Shown: positions 8,182 through 20,132, counted from the stretch's first letter. The stretch: DNA of 64,000 nucleotides from Porphyromonas endodontalis (GCF_052173515.1 NZ_JBQMYL010000011.1:3277-67276), one strand, 5' to 3'. Translations and numbers: made by a program. The notes: generated from the letters alone by a model not told the origin.

Positions 8182-9603
8182 TTATCCCTCAATAGAGGAG
8201 AACGTGAGTTGTAGATAACGGCGGGTATTGGGGGTGATGGCAAAAGCCTCCGTGCGCTGCATGGGTACCACCCAAAGAGGTTGCTCACCTGCTCGAAGTA
8301 GGGGAATAGAAGAAAAAAGTACCGGTACTACTCCCTTTTCATTCAGTATTTTATGGATAGTTTTCCGCCCTTTGAGCCCAAAGGGTTGTATTTTCTCCTC
8401 TGGATCTATTACGGAAATGGAGAGAGTAACCACGTCTTTAGTATCAGTGTGGTGTTGACTTAGAGCATCCCAATCCAGCACGATAGAGAGAGGGGAAGTG
8501 GGGATAGCTTCATTCTTCTCGTGGATGGAGTAGGAAAAAATGCCGTAGGAGGTGCTTATCTCTCCTTGGTTCGAGTCTATGCGAAGATATTCCACGGCTC
8601 CTTCGTTTTCTCTCAGAGGCTTAGAGATGAGGTGGAGTAACCCTTTGCGACATTCTAGCGTGTGGCTATTTGCCGTAATGCTAACGGGGTGGGAGGATGA
8701 GAGTTGTGCTGCAAATTGCTCAATAGCATCTGCAGAAAAACCTTTCCCTTTCGTAATATAATGGAGCAAGGTAGGGGCAACGCCCGAGCGGAGTAGGCTC
8801 TCTACTTTATAGGTTGATATAGCGGTATAAGAGATGGGAAAGGGCTGAGGTACACGTGCTTCTGTAAGTAGTGCTTCGATACCTTTTTGGTATATAGTCT
8901 CGGCATCTCGCAGGTGTGCCAGTGTACTTCTAGAGGTGGTAAGGAATTGGGGATTAAGTTCCTGGAAAAGCGGAATGATGCGATGACGGATGGCATTTCG
9001 CTTGATGGAGGTATCTTGATTGGTGCTGTCGTTGCAAAACGGTTGCCCCAATAGATGAAGAAAATCGTGAATCTCTTTGGGGTGCACATCAAGTAAAGGG
9101 CGGATAATCGAACCGCGTTTGGGCAGAATGCCACGGAGCCCGGTAAGCCCTGTTCCCCGAGAGAGATTTCCCAAAAGTGTCTCTACATTGTCTTGCAAGT
9201 GATGGGCTACTGCGATGGCTTCAATGCCCCGCTTGGAGGCTTCTTGCTCAAATGCTTGATAGCGGAGGTCACGAGCGGCCATCTCCACGGATAGCCCATG
9301 GGTCGTGGCATAGGCACGGGTATCAAAGTGATGAACCTCTAACTCAATCCCTAATTGAGCCGTAAGATTTCGGCAGAATAGCTCATCTCGAAGACTCTCT
9401 TCTCCTCTCAAATGGAAATTGCAATGTATGGCAATTGGGTGATACTCAGTAATCTGTAAGGCAAGTAGTAGTGCAACCGAATCAGCCCCTCCGCTTAGAG
9501 CTACGAGTACAGAAGCGTGTGGCTCCAAAAGTTGATAGCGACTGATGCTTTGTCGCATGGCCCGCATCAAGGGGTGGTGATAGACCTGAGGATTCGTCTT
9601 CAT
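8182..9603 (-). CDS. tilS: tRNA(Ile)-lysidine synthetase
   Basis: SGGADS PP-loop, AHHLQDNVET, RPLL, DSTN...RNAIRH. Confidence 0.93.
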   Translation of the reverse strand: MKTNPQVYHHPLMRAMRQSISRYQLLEPHASVLVALSGGADSVALLLALQITEYHPIAIHCNFHLRGEESLRDELFCRNLTAQLGIELEVHHFDTRAYATTHGLSVEMAARDLRYQAFEQEASKRGIEAIAVAHHLQDNVETLLGNLSRGTGLTGLRGILPKRGSIIRPLLDVHPKEIHDFLHLLGQPFCNDSTNQDTSIKRNAIRHRIIPLFQELNPQFLTTSRSTLAHLRDAETIYQKGIEALLTEARVPQPFPISYTAISTYKVESLLRSGVAPTLLHYITKGKGFSADAIEQFAAQLSSSHPVSITANSHTLECRKGLLHLISKPLRENEGAVEYLRIDSNQGEISTSYGIFSYSIHEKNEAIPTSPLSIVLDWDALSQHHTDTKDVVTLSISVIDPEEKIQPFGLKGRKTIHKILNEKGVVPVLFSSIPLLRAGEQPLWVVPMQRTEAFAITPNTRRYLQLTFSSIEG

Positions 9604-9692
9604 AAGGCGAATTTACAAAAATAGGGCATACCAAAAGTTGTTACTTCTGATACACCCTACATTTATATTAGGAGGAGATACTCAAAAGGTGT

Positions 9693-10514
9693 TTATTGCA
9701 TTTTGAGTAGATCTGGGTCGATAATGATACGTCCGCAATACTCGCAAATAATCTCTTTTTTGTGGAGTTTGATTTCGAGCTGACGCTGAGGGGGAATGCG
9801 ATTGAAGCATCCACCACAAGACTCACGGTCGATGGGTACAACGGCAAGTCCGTTGCGAGCCCCATTGCGAATGCGGTGGAAGAAAGCAAGTACACGGGGA
9901 TCTTGGATCTCTTTCTCCTGCTTAGCCGCTTCTTTGCGTAGCCTTTCTTCGTCTTCGTGTGTCTCTTGTATGATGCTGTCGAGCTCCGATTTCTTCGCCT
10001 TTAGGTCGCCTGCACGGAGTTCGAATTGTTCCTTGTATTTTGCAATATCAGCCTTGCGAGCTTGTAGCTCTTGGGTGTATTCGCGTATTTTCTTCTCGCT
10101 GAGGGTAATCTCTAACTCTTGGTATTCAATCTCTTTTGAGAGGTTGTCATACTCACGATTGTTGCGAACATTATCTATTTGAGCCTTGTATTTCTCGAGC
10201 AACTCTCGAGACTGAGCTATCTTGCTGCGTTCTGCAGTAACCGATTGTGATAGGGTTTTGGCAGAAGAAGCCGTATTGTCGAGACGTGTTTGCAACTGAG
10301 CAAGGTCGTTCTCTATGTTCTCAACTTCGAGAGGAAGTTCGCCACGAAGTATTTCAATTTCATCTATGCGCGATAGGGTTGCCTGCAGACGAGCCAAAGC
10401 GGTGAGACGCTTTGCTACACGTTCTTCTGCGGTTTCTGGTTGGGCAACCGAAGCGGCATCCTCTAGCTTTTTGGCGGTAGGTTCTTTTTTTGCTGGCGTT
10501 TCTTTCTTGGCCAT
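9693..10514 (-). CDS. Coiled-coil protein with C-terminal C4 zinc ribbon (DUF164-like)
   Basis: Long coiled coil, CGGC...CEYCGRI; lies downstream of the Nif3 gene as is usual. Confidence 0.85.
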   Translation of the reverse strand: MAKKETPAKKEPTAKKLEDAASVAQPETAEERVAKRLTALARLQATLSRIDEIEILRGELPLEVENIENDLAQLQTRLDNTASSAKTLSQSVTAERSKIAQSRELLEKYKAQIDNVRNNREYDNLSKEIEYQELEITLSEKKIREYTQELQARKADIAKYKEQFELRAGDLKAKKSELDSIIQETHEDEERLRKEAAKQEKEIQDPRVLAFFHRIRNGARNGLAVVPIDRESCGGCFNRIPPQRQLEIKLHKKEIICEYCGRIIIDPDLLKMQ

Positions 10515-10519
10515 ATTAC

Positions 10520-11617
10520 TTATAGGTGATTAACCGGATTATTGTCGTACAACGACTCTCGAAGCGCAAAGTTAGGGAATTTTGCCGAGATAATGTCGCT
10601 AAATAGCCTGCGAGCGATGGATTCACTCTCGTGATGTCCGATGGTGACAAAGAGGAGATGACCGGCTGCGTCTAGGTAGTCGTTGTATTTTCCCTCGCCC
10701 GTAAGGTAAACATCGGCATGCTGTGTGATGGCGTTGGATAGAAAACTCCCTCCGCTTCCTCCGCACAGAGCAACGCGAGAGATGGTTTTCCCTAGGGGGC
10801 GAGAATAGGCAACGTGCTCGACCTCAGACCACTGAGAGACTTTTTTGAGGAACTCCTCTTCGCTGATGGGCTGAGGTAGTTCGCCGATAACACCCGTGCC
10901 AATTTTGTCTTGTGGAGTTGCTAGGGAAATGAGCTCGTAGGCAGGTACTTCGTAAGGATGGGAAGCGTAAATCGCTTCTATTACTTTGTGAACGAGATGA
11001 GGCTCTACAAGGAGAGAAATTTGTGTTTCTGCCACCTCCTCCAGTTCTCCTAGAGAGCCAATTGCAGGGTTCGCTCCCTCCAATGGACGGAAATGCCCTC
11101 GCCCCTCTACCGAAAACGAACAACTATCGTAGCATCCTAATCTCCCTGCTCCTGCGGCGCACAAAGCCCTCTCCACTTCGGGAGCAGAGGCGGTGGGCAC
11201 CATAACCGATAGCTTGTAAAGATTGCAAGGCTGCGCTACAAGGGCGCGTGTCTGTTGCAGTTGCAGTCGCTCAGCAAGGTAGTGGTTAATCCCTTTAGCC
11301 GCATTATCCGCATTGGTATGAGCCGAATAGATGGCTACGTCATGCTTGATAGCGAGGGCAACGGTGCGCTCTTGGTAGGTCTTACTCCCGATGCGTTTGA
11401 GAGGACGGAAGAGTAGGGGATGATGGGTAATAAGTAGGTTACAGCCATTCTCTAGAGCCTCTTGTACGGTGGCTTCTGTTGCCTCTACGGCAAGCATAGT
11501 CCCGGTGCACTCAAGGTTCGGGTTGCCTACTTGCCAGCCGCTGTTGTCCCAAGTCTCCTGTAGAGACAAGGGGCAAACTTCTTCTAGGGCTGCAATTATA
11601 TCGAGATGGGTAGGCAT
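10520..11617 (-). CDS. Nif3-like dinuclear metal-centre protein (YqfO type, with PII-like insert)
   Basis: WDNSG, ITHHPL, HTNAD, HPYEVPAY, GHHESE. Confidence 0.9.
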   Translation of the reverse strand: MPTHLDIIAALEEVCPLSLQETWDNSGWQVGNPNLECTGTMLAVEATEATVQEALENGCNLLITHHPLLFRPLKRIGSKTYQERTVALAIKHDVAIYSAHTNADNAAKGINHYLAERLQLQQTRALVAQPCNLYKLSVMVPTASAPEVERALCAAGAGRLGCYDSCSFSVEGRGHFRPLEGANPAIGSLGELEEVAETQISLLVEPHLVHKVIEAIYASHPYEVPAYELISLATPQDKIGTGVIGELPQPISEEEFLKKVSQWSEVEHVAYSRPLGKTISRVALCGGSGGSFLSNAITQHADVYLTGEGKYNDYLDAAGHLLFVTIGHHESESIARRLFSDIISAKFPNFALRESLYDNNPVNHL

Positions 11618-11625
11618 CTAAAGAT

Positions 11626-13386
11626 TTACTGCTCTTTGGCCGGGCGGAGGATGAGGTTGAGTTCATCAAGTTGTACCTGATCGATTGCCGAGGGGGCATC
11701 AATCATTACATCACGGCCGGCGTTGTTTTTGGGGAATGCAATGCAGTCACGGATGGAGTCTAGACCTGCCATGATAGAAACCCAGCGGTCAAGCCCGAAT
11801 GCTACCCCTCCGTGGGGAGGTGCTCCGTACTTGAAGGCGTTCATCAAGAACCCGAATTGCTCCTCGGCCTTCTCCTTGGTAAACCCAAGAACCTCAAACA
11901 TCTTATGCTGCAATTGAGAGTCGTGGATACGGATGGATCCGCCGCCAACTTCTACACCATTGATCACCATGTCGTAGGCATTGGCGCGCACGGCTCCGGG
12001 ATCGGTGGAGAGGAGAGAAATGTCTTCCGGCTTGGGGGAGGTGAAGGGGTGGTGCATTGCGTAGAAGCGTTGCGTCTCTTCGTCCCACTCGAGTAGGGGG
12101 AAGTCCACAACCCACAGACACTCGAACTTGTTGGGGTCTTTGAGTCCGGCAAGGTCGGCGACGTGCAGACGGAGTGTCCCGAGCTGCTTGAGTACACTAT
12201 AGCGTTCCTCGCCGAGTAGTATGAGGACGAGGTCTCCGCTCTTTGCCTCTGCTGCTTGAGCTATTGCTTTGAGCGCATCAGCATCGAAGAATTTATCTAC
12301 GGAACTCTTGAACGAACCATCGGCATTGCACTTGATCCAGATGAGTCCCTTTGCTCCTACTTGAGGACGCTTTACATAGTCTGTAAGTGCGTCAATCTGC
12401 TTACGCGTATACTCGGCGGCTCCCTCTACGGCAATGGCTCCCACATAGGCAGCTTCGTCCATAAGACTCATGCCGTGCCCTTGGGCTAGAGTGGTAATCT
12501 CGCGGATAGGCATCCCGAAGCGGAGATCCGGTTTGTCACTCCCGTAGCTATTCATGGCTTCGTGCCAGCTCATTCTACGGAAAGGGGTAGCGGGAGTGAC
12601 TCCACGTATTTTGCTGAAAAGCTCTATGGCGAGACCCTCGAAGACCGTGAGGATATCCTCTTGGTCTACAAAGCTCATCTCGCAGTCTATCTGCGTAAAT
12701 TCGGGCTGACGATCGGCACGAAGGTCCTCATCACGGAAGCACTTCACGATCTGGAAGTAGCGATCCATCCCAGCCACCATCAAGAGCTGCTTAAAGGTTT
12801 GAGGAGACTGTGGTAGAGCGTAAAACTCGTTAGGATTCATACGCGAAGGCACTACAAAGTCGCGAGCCCCTTCGGGGGTAGACTTGATGAGCATGGGAGT
12901 CTCAATCTCCAAAAATCCCAAGCGATCTAGGTAATTGCGAGTAAGGAGAGCCATGCGATGGCGTAGCTCGATATTGCGCTTTACGGGGTCGCGACGGAGG
13001 TCGAGATAGCGATACTTCATGCGGAGGTCGTCTCCTCCGTCTGAGTTGTCTTCGATGGTAAAGGGAGGCACCTCCGAGGAATTGAGTACTCGGCAGCTTG
13101 TTACCTCTAGCTCAATATCCCCTGTTGCTATCTTGTCGTTTTTGGCAGACCGCTCACGCACCACGCCGGTGGCTTGTAGTACACATTCGCGCCCTACACC
13201 ATCAAGAGCCGATTGGAGCTCGGGGTGTGCAGAGTCGAATACAAGTTGGGTAATGCCATAGCGATCGCGAAGATCGAGGAACGCCATAGCCCCCATTTTA
13301 CGAAGTTTACTTACCCAACCTGCAAGAGTTACCTCACTACCTATGTGCTCTTTGCGGAGCTCTCCGCACGTATTTGTCCTGTACAT
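11626..13386 (-). CDS. aspS: Aspartate--tRNA ligase
   Basis: [43 protein letters not shown]. Confidence 0.98.
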   Translation of the reverse strand: MYRTNTCGELRKEHIGSEVTLAGWVSKLRKMGAMAFLDLRDRYGITQLVFDSAHPELQSALDGVGRECVLQATGVVRERSAKNDKIATGDIELEVTSCRVLNSSEVPPFTIEDNSDGGDDLRMKYRYLDLRRDPVKRNIELRHRMALLTRNYLDRLGFLEIETPMLIKSTPEGARDFVVPSRMNPNEFYALPQSPQTFKQLLMVAGMDRYFQIVKCFRDEDLRADRQPEFTQIDCEMSFVDQEDILTVFEGLAIELFSKIRGVTPATPFRRMSWHEAMNSYGSDKPDLRFGMPIREITTLAQGHGMSLMDEAAYVGAIAVEGAAEYTRKQIDALTDYVKRPQVGAKGLIWIKCNADGSFKSSVDKFFDADALKAIAQAAEAKSGDLVLILLGEERYSVLKQLGTLRLHVADLAGLKDPNKFECLWVVDFPLLEWDEETQRFYAMHHPFTSPKPEDISLLSTDPGAVRANAYDMVINGVEVGGGSIRIHDSQLQHKMFEVLGFTKEKAEEQFGFLMNAFKYGAPPHGGVAFGLDRWVSIMAGLDSIRDCIAFPKNNAGRDVMIDAPSAIDQVQLDELNLILRPAKEQ

Positions 13387-13442
13387 TTTGTTCTTTTGTT
13401 AGCCTATAATCTCTCTATCCGGAGAGCTGTCATTTATAGCCA

Positions 13443-13450
13443 CAAAGGTA
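13443..13450 (-). promoter_or_regulatory. -7 element TACCTTTG for the aspS operon
   Basis: Exact TAnnTTTG upstream of aspS. Confidence 0.65.
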
Positions 13451-13599
13451 CTAATATTTGTATCTATATGGTTGTCACGAAAGACAAACCCCACTCCTAC
13501 AATCAGAAAGAATGCAGGGAGTGGGGCTCTTTATGAGTATGGGTGCAAGATCAAATTCCCCTTATGGAGAGTTTACACCCGGTAAAAAGGGCGAGTTTA

Positions 13600-13776
13600 T
13601 TACTCTGCGCCGGCCTTTCTATTGAGGAAGATATGGGCAAGAAACCCGATGATAACTAAGCCCAAGCCACCGCCCAATGTAACATTGCTCGTCTGATCTA
13701 AAAAGTGAGGTATAGCGATAACTAACACTCCGATGAGGAGGAGTATTGATCCGAGATACTTTAGGAGATTGTTCAT
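13600..13776 (-). CDS. 58-aa two-TM small membrane protein (not in ORF track)
   Basis: MNNLLKYLGSILLLIGVLVIAIPHFLDQTSNVTLGGGLGLVIIGFLAHIFLNRKAGAE, tandem TAA TAA stops, downstream hairpin at 13487-13531. Confidence 0.75.
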   Translation of the reverse strand: MNNLLKYLGSILLLIGVLVIAIPHFLDQTSNVTLGGGLGLVIIGFLAHIFLNRKAGAE

Positions 13777-13851
13777 ATAGCTCTGTACTATCTATTTTGT
13801 TCTGAGTGCAAATTAAGCGATTATTGCTGAATCGGAGAAATCTTTGCTTAG

Positions 13852-13900
13852 AAAAAGCAGCCCTATTGCCCTATTAGGTAGGGAAGATAGGCTGGTTTTC
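13852..13900 (-). terminator. Terminator after asnS
   Basis: CAGCCCTAT...ATAGGGCTG inverted repeat followed by a T run on the minus strand. Confidence 0.65.
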
Positions 13901-13912
13901 TCTTTGATTTCA

Positions 13913-15310
13913 TTAGAATTCGGCATTGTTTGGGGTGCGAGGGAAGGGGATAACATCGCGGATGTTGCTCATCCCCGTTACGAAGAGAAGGAGACGCTCG
14001 AAGCCTAACCCAAAGCCGGCATGAGGCACTGTGCCAAAGCGACGAGTATCTAGATACCACCAAATATCTTTCTCGGGAACTCCCATCTCTTGAGCGTGGG
14101 TACGAAGTTTGTCAAAGTCAGCTTCACGCTCACTACCGCCGATAATTTCTCCGATTAGTGGAAAGAGAACGTCCATGCCTCGTACCGTTTTGCCATCCTC
14201 GTTTTGCTTCATATAGAAGGCCTTAATCTCCTTCGGATAGTCGGTCATTATTACGGGTTTTTGGAAGTGCTGCTCCACAAGGTAGCGCTCATGTTCGCTG
14301 GCAAGGTCTACGCCCCAGTACACGGGGAATTCAAATTTATGCCCTTCGGCAATGGCCTTTTCGAGTATCTCAATCCCTTGCGTATAGGTGATGCGCTCGT
14401 AGCTATTGGCAAGGACGAAGCGAAGACGATCCATTAGTCCTTTATCGAAGTGCTCCGAGAGGAAAGCCAAATCGTCCGCACAATTATCAAGAGCCCACTG
14501 TACACAATGCTTGGTAAACTCCTCTGCAAGATCCATGTTGTCGTGCACGTCGAAGAACGCAATTTCGGGCTCAATCATCCAAAACTCAGCAAGGTGACGA
14601 GGCGTATTGGAGTTTTCTGCACGGAAAGTGGGACCAAAAGTATAAATCCCTCCAAGGGCAAGGGCTGCCAGCTCTCCCTCTAGTTGCCCTGAAACGGTAA
14701 GGGCGGTAGGTTTACCGAAGAAGTCTTTTTTGTAATCCACTTCGCCGGCTTTGTTAAGGGGTAACTTATCTAGGTTTAGAGTCGTTACGCGGAACATTTG
14801 TCCTGCTCCCTCCGCATCACTAGAGGTAATGATGGGGGTATGCACATAGTAGTATCCCTTCTTATGAAAGAAGTCGTGGATGGCAATTGCCATGTTGTGT
14901 CGGATACGTAATATGGCACCAAAGGTATTGGTACGGGGGCGTAGATAGGCAATATCGCGGAGGAACTCTAAAGAGTGTCCTTTCTTCTGCAGGGGATAGC
15001 TATTGGGGTCGCATGTGCCGAATATGGTAATCTCTTCAGCTTGTAACTCAATGCTTTGTCCTGCTCCCTGAGAGGCAACGAGGGTGCCTCGTACAGCCAG
15101 AGATGCCCCAGTCGTGATTTGTTGCATAACCTCGGGTGAGAAGCGAGCCAGATCTGCTACGATTTGTAGATTATGGATACAGCTACCATCATTGAGTGCA
15201 ATGAAGCTTACCGCTTTATTGCCACGGCGCGTACGCACCCAACCCATAACTGTGATTTCTTGATCTAATGTAGGCGAGGCAATAACCTCTTTAATCATCA
15301 ATCTTTTCAT
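13913..15310 (-). CDS. asnS: Asparagine--tRNA ligase
   Basis: [41 protein letters not shown]. Confidence 0.98.
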   Translation of the reverse strand: MKRLMIKEVIASPTLDQEITVMGWVRTRRGNKAVSFIALNDGSCIHNLQIVADLARFSPEVMQQITTGASLAVRGTLVASQGAGQSIELQAEEITIFGTCDPNSYPLQKKGHSLEFLRDIAYLRPRTNTFGAILRIRHNMAIAIHDFFHKKGYYYVHTPIITSSDAEGAGQMFRVTTLNLDKLPLNKAGEVDYKKDFFGKPTALTVSGQLEGELAALALGGIYTFGPTFRAENSNTPRHLAEFWMIEPEIAFFDVHDNMDLAEEFTKHCVQWALDNCADDLAFLSEHFDKGLMDRLRFVLANSYERITYTQGIEILEKAIAEGHKFEFPVYWGVDLASEHERYLVEQHFQKPVIMTDYPKEIKAFYMKQNEDGKTVRGMDVLFPLIGEIIGGSEREADFDKLRTHAQEMGVPEKDIWWYLDTRRFGTVPHAGFGLGFERLLLFVTGMSNIRDVIPFPRTPNNAEF

Positions 15311-15338
15311 GTACCGATATTGTTATACTCTCTCTATT

Positions 15339-16718
15339 TTATTCGTAGAAGTCGTGACGGAGGTTGCGTACTTCGTCCTCAGTGAGGTAACGCCATCTGC
15401 CTCGTGGTAGATCTTTTTTTGTCAAGCCGGCAAAGTAAACGCGATCGAGTTTGTAAACGCGATAGCCAAGATGCTTGAATATACGACGCACGATGCGATT
15501 GCGACCCGAGTGGATCTCTATACCCACAATGGCGAGATTGTTTTCGTCTACATAGCTGATAGCATCTGCATGGATCTCCCCATCTTCGAGCTCTATGCCC
15601 GAAGCGATTTGTTGCATGTGCTCCACCGATACGGGTTTATCGAGCGTTACTTGATAGATTTTCTTCTTTTCGTACTTGGGGTGCATGAGCTTTGCTGCCA
15701 GGTCACCATCGTTGGTAAGGAGGAGAAGCCCTGTGGTATTCCTATCAAGACGACCAACCGGATAGATACGCTCGTTGCAGGCGTTACGTACCAAGTCTAT
15801 GGCTGTGAGTCGTTTTTCGGGGTCGCTACTGGTAGTTACGCAGTTGCGTGGTTTGTTGAGCAGTACGTATATCTTCTTTTCGATGGAAACGGGCTTCCCA
15901 TCTACCGAAATAAAGTCTTCTCGAGTGACGTGTTTCCCTAGTTGTGTGACGATTTCTCCATTTACAGAGACGTGCCCATCCACGATGAGTTGGTCGGCAA
16001 CACGGCGAGAGCATACGCCCGAACTGGCCAAAAACTTATTGAGACGTAGAGGAGTCTTAGGATCCACCGGCATCTCAGGATAAGAGATAACCTCCTCCGG
16101 TCTGCGTTGAATTTTCTTCTTTTTCTTTTTCTTGCCTTTGGGGGATTGACCTGCATGTTGTGCTTTTTCATCGAGAGGCTCAGCGTTGTGACGCTTCTTT
16201 TGTCGCTCAAAAGGATAGATGGGTCTATCGTCCTCTCTGCCTCCCTCTTGAGAAGAACGTCTGTCGCGGACGTGGTAGGTGGGTCGATGAGAAGAGGTGC
16301 GTACAGGCTCATCTTGCTCGAGCATTTGCATGGTGCGCCCTATCACTTCGTCTGCTTCGCGTGAAAGTTTGTCAAACATGCCTTCGAGAGATATATCCCA
16401 ATCTTCGTCATTGTTGCTCTCCTTTTGCTGTGCCACAGCACGGGAGGCATCGTTGTTTCTACTAATGATGGAAGCACTACCACGCTTGTCTTCGTCGGTA
16501 GAAACAAGGATACAACTTTTGCGGTCGGTGGTTTGGGAAATCCGGGTGCGGGTACGCTTGCGTCCTCCTGTATTTGTTTTAGTTGGGGTCTCGTTGTTTG
16601 AGACTTTTGATTCTGAAGCTGTGGCTTCTTGCTCTTTCTCAGGTGCTGCCTCTGCTGAGGACTTCTCTGAGTTTTGGAGTGCTTTTTCTTCAGATTCGAT
16701 GGAGTCTTTATTTTCCAT
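15339..16718 (-). CDS. RluB/RsuA-family pseudouridine synthase with long disordered N-terminus
   Basis: S4 domain RLNKFLA..GVCSRR, LNKP, GRLD..TTGLLLLTNDG, GRNRIVRR. Confidence 0.92.
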   Translation of the reverse strand: MENKDSIESEEKALQNSEKSSAEAAPEKEQEATASESKVSNNETPTKTNTGGRKRTRTRISQTTDRKSCILVSTDEDKRGSASIISRNNDASRAVAQQKESNNDEDWDISLEGMFDKLSREADEVIGRTMQMLEQDEPVRTSSHRPTYHVRDRRSSQEGGREDDRPIYPFERQKKRHNAEPLDEKAQHAGQSPKGKKKKKKKIQRRPEEVISYPEMPVDPKTPLRLNKFLASSGVCSRRVADQLIVDGHVSVNGEIVTQLGKHVTREDFISVDGKPVSIEKKIYVLLNKPRNCVTTSSDPEKRLTAIDLVRNACNERIYPVGRLDRNTTGLLLLTNDGDLAAKLMHPKYEKKKIYQVTLDKPVSVEHMQQIASGIELEDGEIHADAISYVDENNLAIVGIEIHSGRNRIVRRIFKHLGYRVYKLDRVYFAGLTKKDLPRGRWRYLTEDEVRNLRHDFYE

Positions 16719-16977
16719 TCGGATAATTCAGTGATCTACTTTTAGGTGAGTGTAGACTCTTTTTGTTTTGTACTAATAAAATATTTGTCTTGATCTCGTA
16801 CACCTCTCGTGTATGGAATCAAGATGATGAAAAGGCAAATACCGGATGGAATAGAATGGTATTTTGTTCCTCCTATCTTGCCCCTTGATCAAAAACTTTC
16901 CTTGATTCTTTGGCTATAACTTTGTCTGCTTTCAGTTTATTCCTTTCCTACAGACCCTCACAAAGGTAGTGATTTAT

Positions 16978-18318
16978 TTATATACCTACGTAAGTTTGGG
17001 GAGAAATGGCACGCATTTCTTCTTTGATGCTTGGGGCTACATCCAACGTGTCAATAAAGCGATGGATGCTCTCCTCCGTCATGGCTTCGCCCGTACGTGT
17101 GAGTTGCTTTAGCGTTTCGTAAGGGTTGGGGTATCCCTCTCTTCTTAGTATGGTTTGTAGGGCTTCTGCTACCACCTCGTAGTTGCTTTGCAAGTCGTGG
17201 GCGATGGCATCTTCGTTCAGAAGTATCTTTCCTAACCCCTTTTCGAGGCTCTTTAGTGCAATAAGAGTGTAGCCCAGGGGTAGCCCTTCGTTGCGGATAA
17301 CGGTAGAGTCCGTCAGGTCGCGTTGTAGGCGAGATATAGGGAGCTTCGATGCCAAGAATAGAGCTATCGAACTAGAGAGCATCAGATTGCCTTCTGCGTT
17401 TTCAAAGTCAATAGGATTTACCTTGTGAGGCATGGCAGAGGAGCCAACTTCGCCTGCTTTGATGCGCTGTTTGAAGTATCCCATGGAGATGTACATCCAT
17501 ACGTCTCGGGCAAGATCGACCAAAATGGTATTGATGCGTGCTATGCTTTCGAGCAGAGCTGCCAGATGGTCATAGTTTGATATTTGGGTTGTAATTTGCT
17601 CCCTTTCGAGCCCCAAAGAGGCTACGAAATGGTTGCCAAATTGCTTCCAATCAATTTCGGGATAGGCTACATGGTGTGCATTAAAGTTACCTGTTGCCCC
17701 ACCAAATTTAGCCCCAAAGGGTATTGCATGATAGAGCTTTAATTGCTCCTCTAGTCGGTACACATACACCCCGAACTCCTTGCCTAGGCGAGTGGGGGAG
17801 GCGGGTTGCCCATGCGTCCGAGCCAGCATGGGGATTTCTGCCCACTCATGGGTGTATTTGCGGAGAAGCTCCAATACTCGAGAGAGTGCCGGCTCAAAAA
17901 CCTCTTTGAGAGCCCCTCGGAGCATCATCGGGAAGGCTGTGTTGTTGATGTCTTGAGAGGTAAGTCCAAAGTGCACGAACTCCTTAGCCCACGATAGATT
18001 GAGGGCATCAAAAGCAGTCTTTATGTAGTACTCAACCGCCTTGACGTCATGATTGGTTACAGACTCAATCTCCTTTACCTTAGCAGCCTCCTCGGGAGTG
18101 AGCATGCGGTAGAGGTCGCGTAGCTGCTCCTTTGTGGCTGAGTCTATTTTGCTTTGCAGCTGAGGAAGCGTATCCGACAGGGCAAGAAAATATTCTATTT
18201 CAACCCAAATGCGGTAGCGAATTAGGGCATATTCGGAGAAAAAACTACGCAGGTCTTGCGTCTTAGATTGGTAGCGTCCGTCAAGGGGAGTAAGTGCCAG
18301 GAGACTATCGAGAGACAT
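16978..18318 (-). CDS. purB: Adenylosuccinate lyase
   Basis: PLDGRY, TNHDVKAVEY, RTHGQPA, GSSAMPHKVNPIDFEN. Confidence 0.97.
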   Translation of the reverse strand: MSLDSLLALTPLDGRYQSKTQDLRSFFSEYALIRYRIWVEIEYFLALSDTLPQLQSKIDSATKEQLRDLYRMLTPEEAAKVKEIESVTNHDVKAVEYYIKTAFDALNLSWAKEFVHFGLTSQDINNTAFPMMLRGALKEVFEPALSRVLELLRKYTHEWAEIPMLARTHGQPASPTRLGKEFGVYVYRLEEQLKLYHAIPFGAKFGGATGNFNAHHVAYPEIDWKQFGNHFVASLGLEREQITTQISNYDHLAALLESIARINTILVDLARDVWMYISMGYFKQRIKAGEVGSSAMPHKVNPIDFENAEGNLMLSSSIALFLASKLPISRLQRDLTDSTVIRNEGLPLGYTLIALKSLEKGLGKILLNEDAIAHDLQSNYEVVAEALQTILRREGYPNPYETLKQLTRTGEAMTEESIHRFIDTLDVAPSIKEEMRAISPQTYVGI

Positions 18319-18354
18319 AAACAAATTGATAATGATGAGGGATAGAAGATTTTT

Positions 18355-18834
18355 TTATCGGTATAGGAGGGCTACAGCCTGGGCGGCGATTCCCTCTTTT
18401 CGCCCTGTGTAGCCTAGATGTTCTGTAGTTGTTGCTTTTATAGAGATGCGTACCTCTTTACCCAAAATGGCAGCAATGCTCTCCTTCATAGCCTCTATAT
18501 AGGGAAGCATCTTGGGTGCCTGAGCTATGATTACGAGGTCTATGTTGCCAATGCTCCAGCCCTCGGAGGCTACGAGAGAGGCTACACGCTCTAACAAAAT
18601 ACGGCTGTCTATCCCCTTGTAACTATTGTCGCCAGGCGGGAAGTGGTAGCCTATATCGCCCAAGGCTGCTGCTCCTAGGAGAGCATCGCAGAGGGCATGA
18701 AGAGCCACATCCCCATCGGAATGCGCTTCCAATCCCATCTCGTAGGGGATTTCTACTCCGCAGATACGTAGGGGGTATCCTACTGCCAATCTATGTACAT
18801 CGAAGCCCGTGCCAACGGAGAAGGGACAACTCAT
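18355..18834 (-). CDS. ispF: 2-C-methyl-D-erythritol 2,4-cyclodiphosphate synthase
   Basis: GFDVH, HSDGDV..HALCDA, DIG..FP, KATTTE..G. Confidence 0.96.
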   Translation of the reverse strand: MSCPFSVGTGFDVHRLAVGYPLRICGVEIPYEMGLEAHSDGDVALHALCDALLGAAALGDIGYHFPPGDNSYKGIDSRILLERVASLVASEGWSIGNIDLVIIAQAPKMLPYIEAMKESIAAILGKEVRISIKATTTEHLGYTGRKEGIAAQAVALLYR

Positions 18835-18869
18835 ATCACAATCGTGTTTAGGTTTGTTGGAGAGGTCTT

Positions 18870-20054
18870 TTAGCGAAGGAGGTTGCGAATCCCATCCATA
18901 TCAAAGGAGAGCGAGAAGCGCAACGTCTGATCCAGAGGGTTACTGGGGACTGCTGATATTAGGTAAGAGGCGTCGAGACTGAAGACACTCATCTTGAATC
19001 CGGCACCTGCTGTAAAGTACTGTAGATTCCCTTTATTGGGGTGTTGGTACTGATAACCGGCACGAAGGAAGAAGCGATTGTTGTAGCTATACTCGGCTCC
19101 GATCCCTAGGTTTATCTCTTGGAGTTCTTCCTTAAATCCCCCGGGTGCATCGCCAAACGACTTGAAGATACCGGCAATAGAGGAGGTTTTTTGGTACTCT
19201 TCTATCTTACGTGCATATTCATCCGGCTTGGTGGGGTCTTTGATAGGAGGCGTGGGAACCAACAGTTTGTTGGCCTCGATATTGAGAGAGAGGGCGTTGT
19301 AATCGTCGAAGGGGTAGAGAATACCCGTACCTACACGCAGGTTGGTAGGAATAAACATAGACTGATTGCCACCGTAAGATATCTTGGTACCGATATTGCT
19401 AATGTTGAAACCGAAAGTCCAGAGAGGCTCGGAGTCACCGGCCACGAAGTACTTAGTCAGATAGCCGGCAATGTCGGCAGCGAAGGCGTTGCCCGCACGA
19501 TTTTCTCCCGTACTACTTGCTGTGTTTTGATCGCTACGAATGTAACGGAGTACAACTCCCATAGAGTAATCGGAGGTTATCTGCAACGAGTAACCAAAGT
19601 CTAGAGCAAACTCGTTAGGGTGAGCCTCCCCTAGAGAACGTGCAAGGTCGTCGAAAGTACGAATGGTACCAAGCGAGAAGAAACGTAGAGAAGCACTCAG
19701 AGCTTGGTTGTTTTCGCTACCAATCTTGTAGTACCCGGTGAGTTCCATTAGTTTGATATCGTTTACCAACTTGGCAAGCCATGGGGTATAGGTAAAACTA
19801 ACTCCGGCTTTGCTCGATAGCAACGCGTACTTAGAGGGGTTGTAATACTGCGAATTAACATCGGGAGTAGAGCTTACACCAACATCGCCCATACCCGCAG
19901 CACGAGCTCCCGGGGATATGTGAAGCGAAGGCACCGAGGTGGTGACTGCGTTGAAGCGTTGCTCTTGTACATCATTTTGTGCCACGAGGGCAAGCGTAGA
20001 AATAATAACGGAGACTCCTATAACTAGGAGACGCTTTAGGATTGTACGATTCAT
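18870..20054 (-). CDS. porV: Type IX secretion system outer-membrane barrel PorV
   Basis: [40 protein letters not shown]; porU-porV-ispF synteny. Confidence 0.93.
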   Translation of the reverse strand: MNRTILKRLLVIGVSVIISTLALVAQNDVQEQRFNAVTTSVPSLHISPGARAAGMGDVGVSSTPDVNSQYYNPSKYALLSSKAGVSFTYTPWLAKLVNDIKLMELTGYYKIGSENNQALSASLRFFSLGTIRTFDDLARSLGEAHPNEFALDFGYSLQITSDYSMGVVLRYIRSDQNTASSTGENRAGNAFAADIAGYLTKYFVAGDSEPLWTFGFNISNIGTKISYGGNQSMFIPTNLRVGTGILYPFDDYNALSLNIEANKLLVPTPPIKDPTKPDEYARKIEEYQKTSSIAGIFKSFGDAPGGFKEELQEINLGIGAEYSYNNRFFLRAGYQYQHPNKGNLQYFTAGAGFKMSVFSLDASYLISAVPSNPLDQTLRFSLSFDMDGIRNLLR

Positions 20055-20124
20055 CTTAATTCTATACGTGTCAAGTTGTGTAACTTAGTTGGTGTACTCT
20101 TTTGTTCACAACTCTATTGTGCCG

Positions 20125-20132
20125 CAAAAGTA
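20125..20132 (-). promoter_or_regulatory. Internal -7 element TACTTTTG upstream of porV
   Basis: Exact TAnnTTTG in the porU-porV spacer. Confidence 0.55.

Noticed and set aside
16734..16975. Hairpins and a plus-strand TAACTTTG in the long leader of the pseudouridine synthase gene
   Set aside because: No recognisable RNA motif, and a single 8-mer is weak evidence for an antisense promoter
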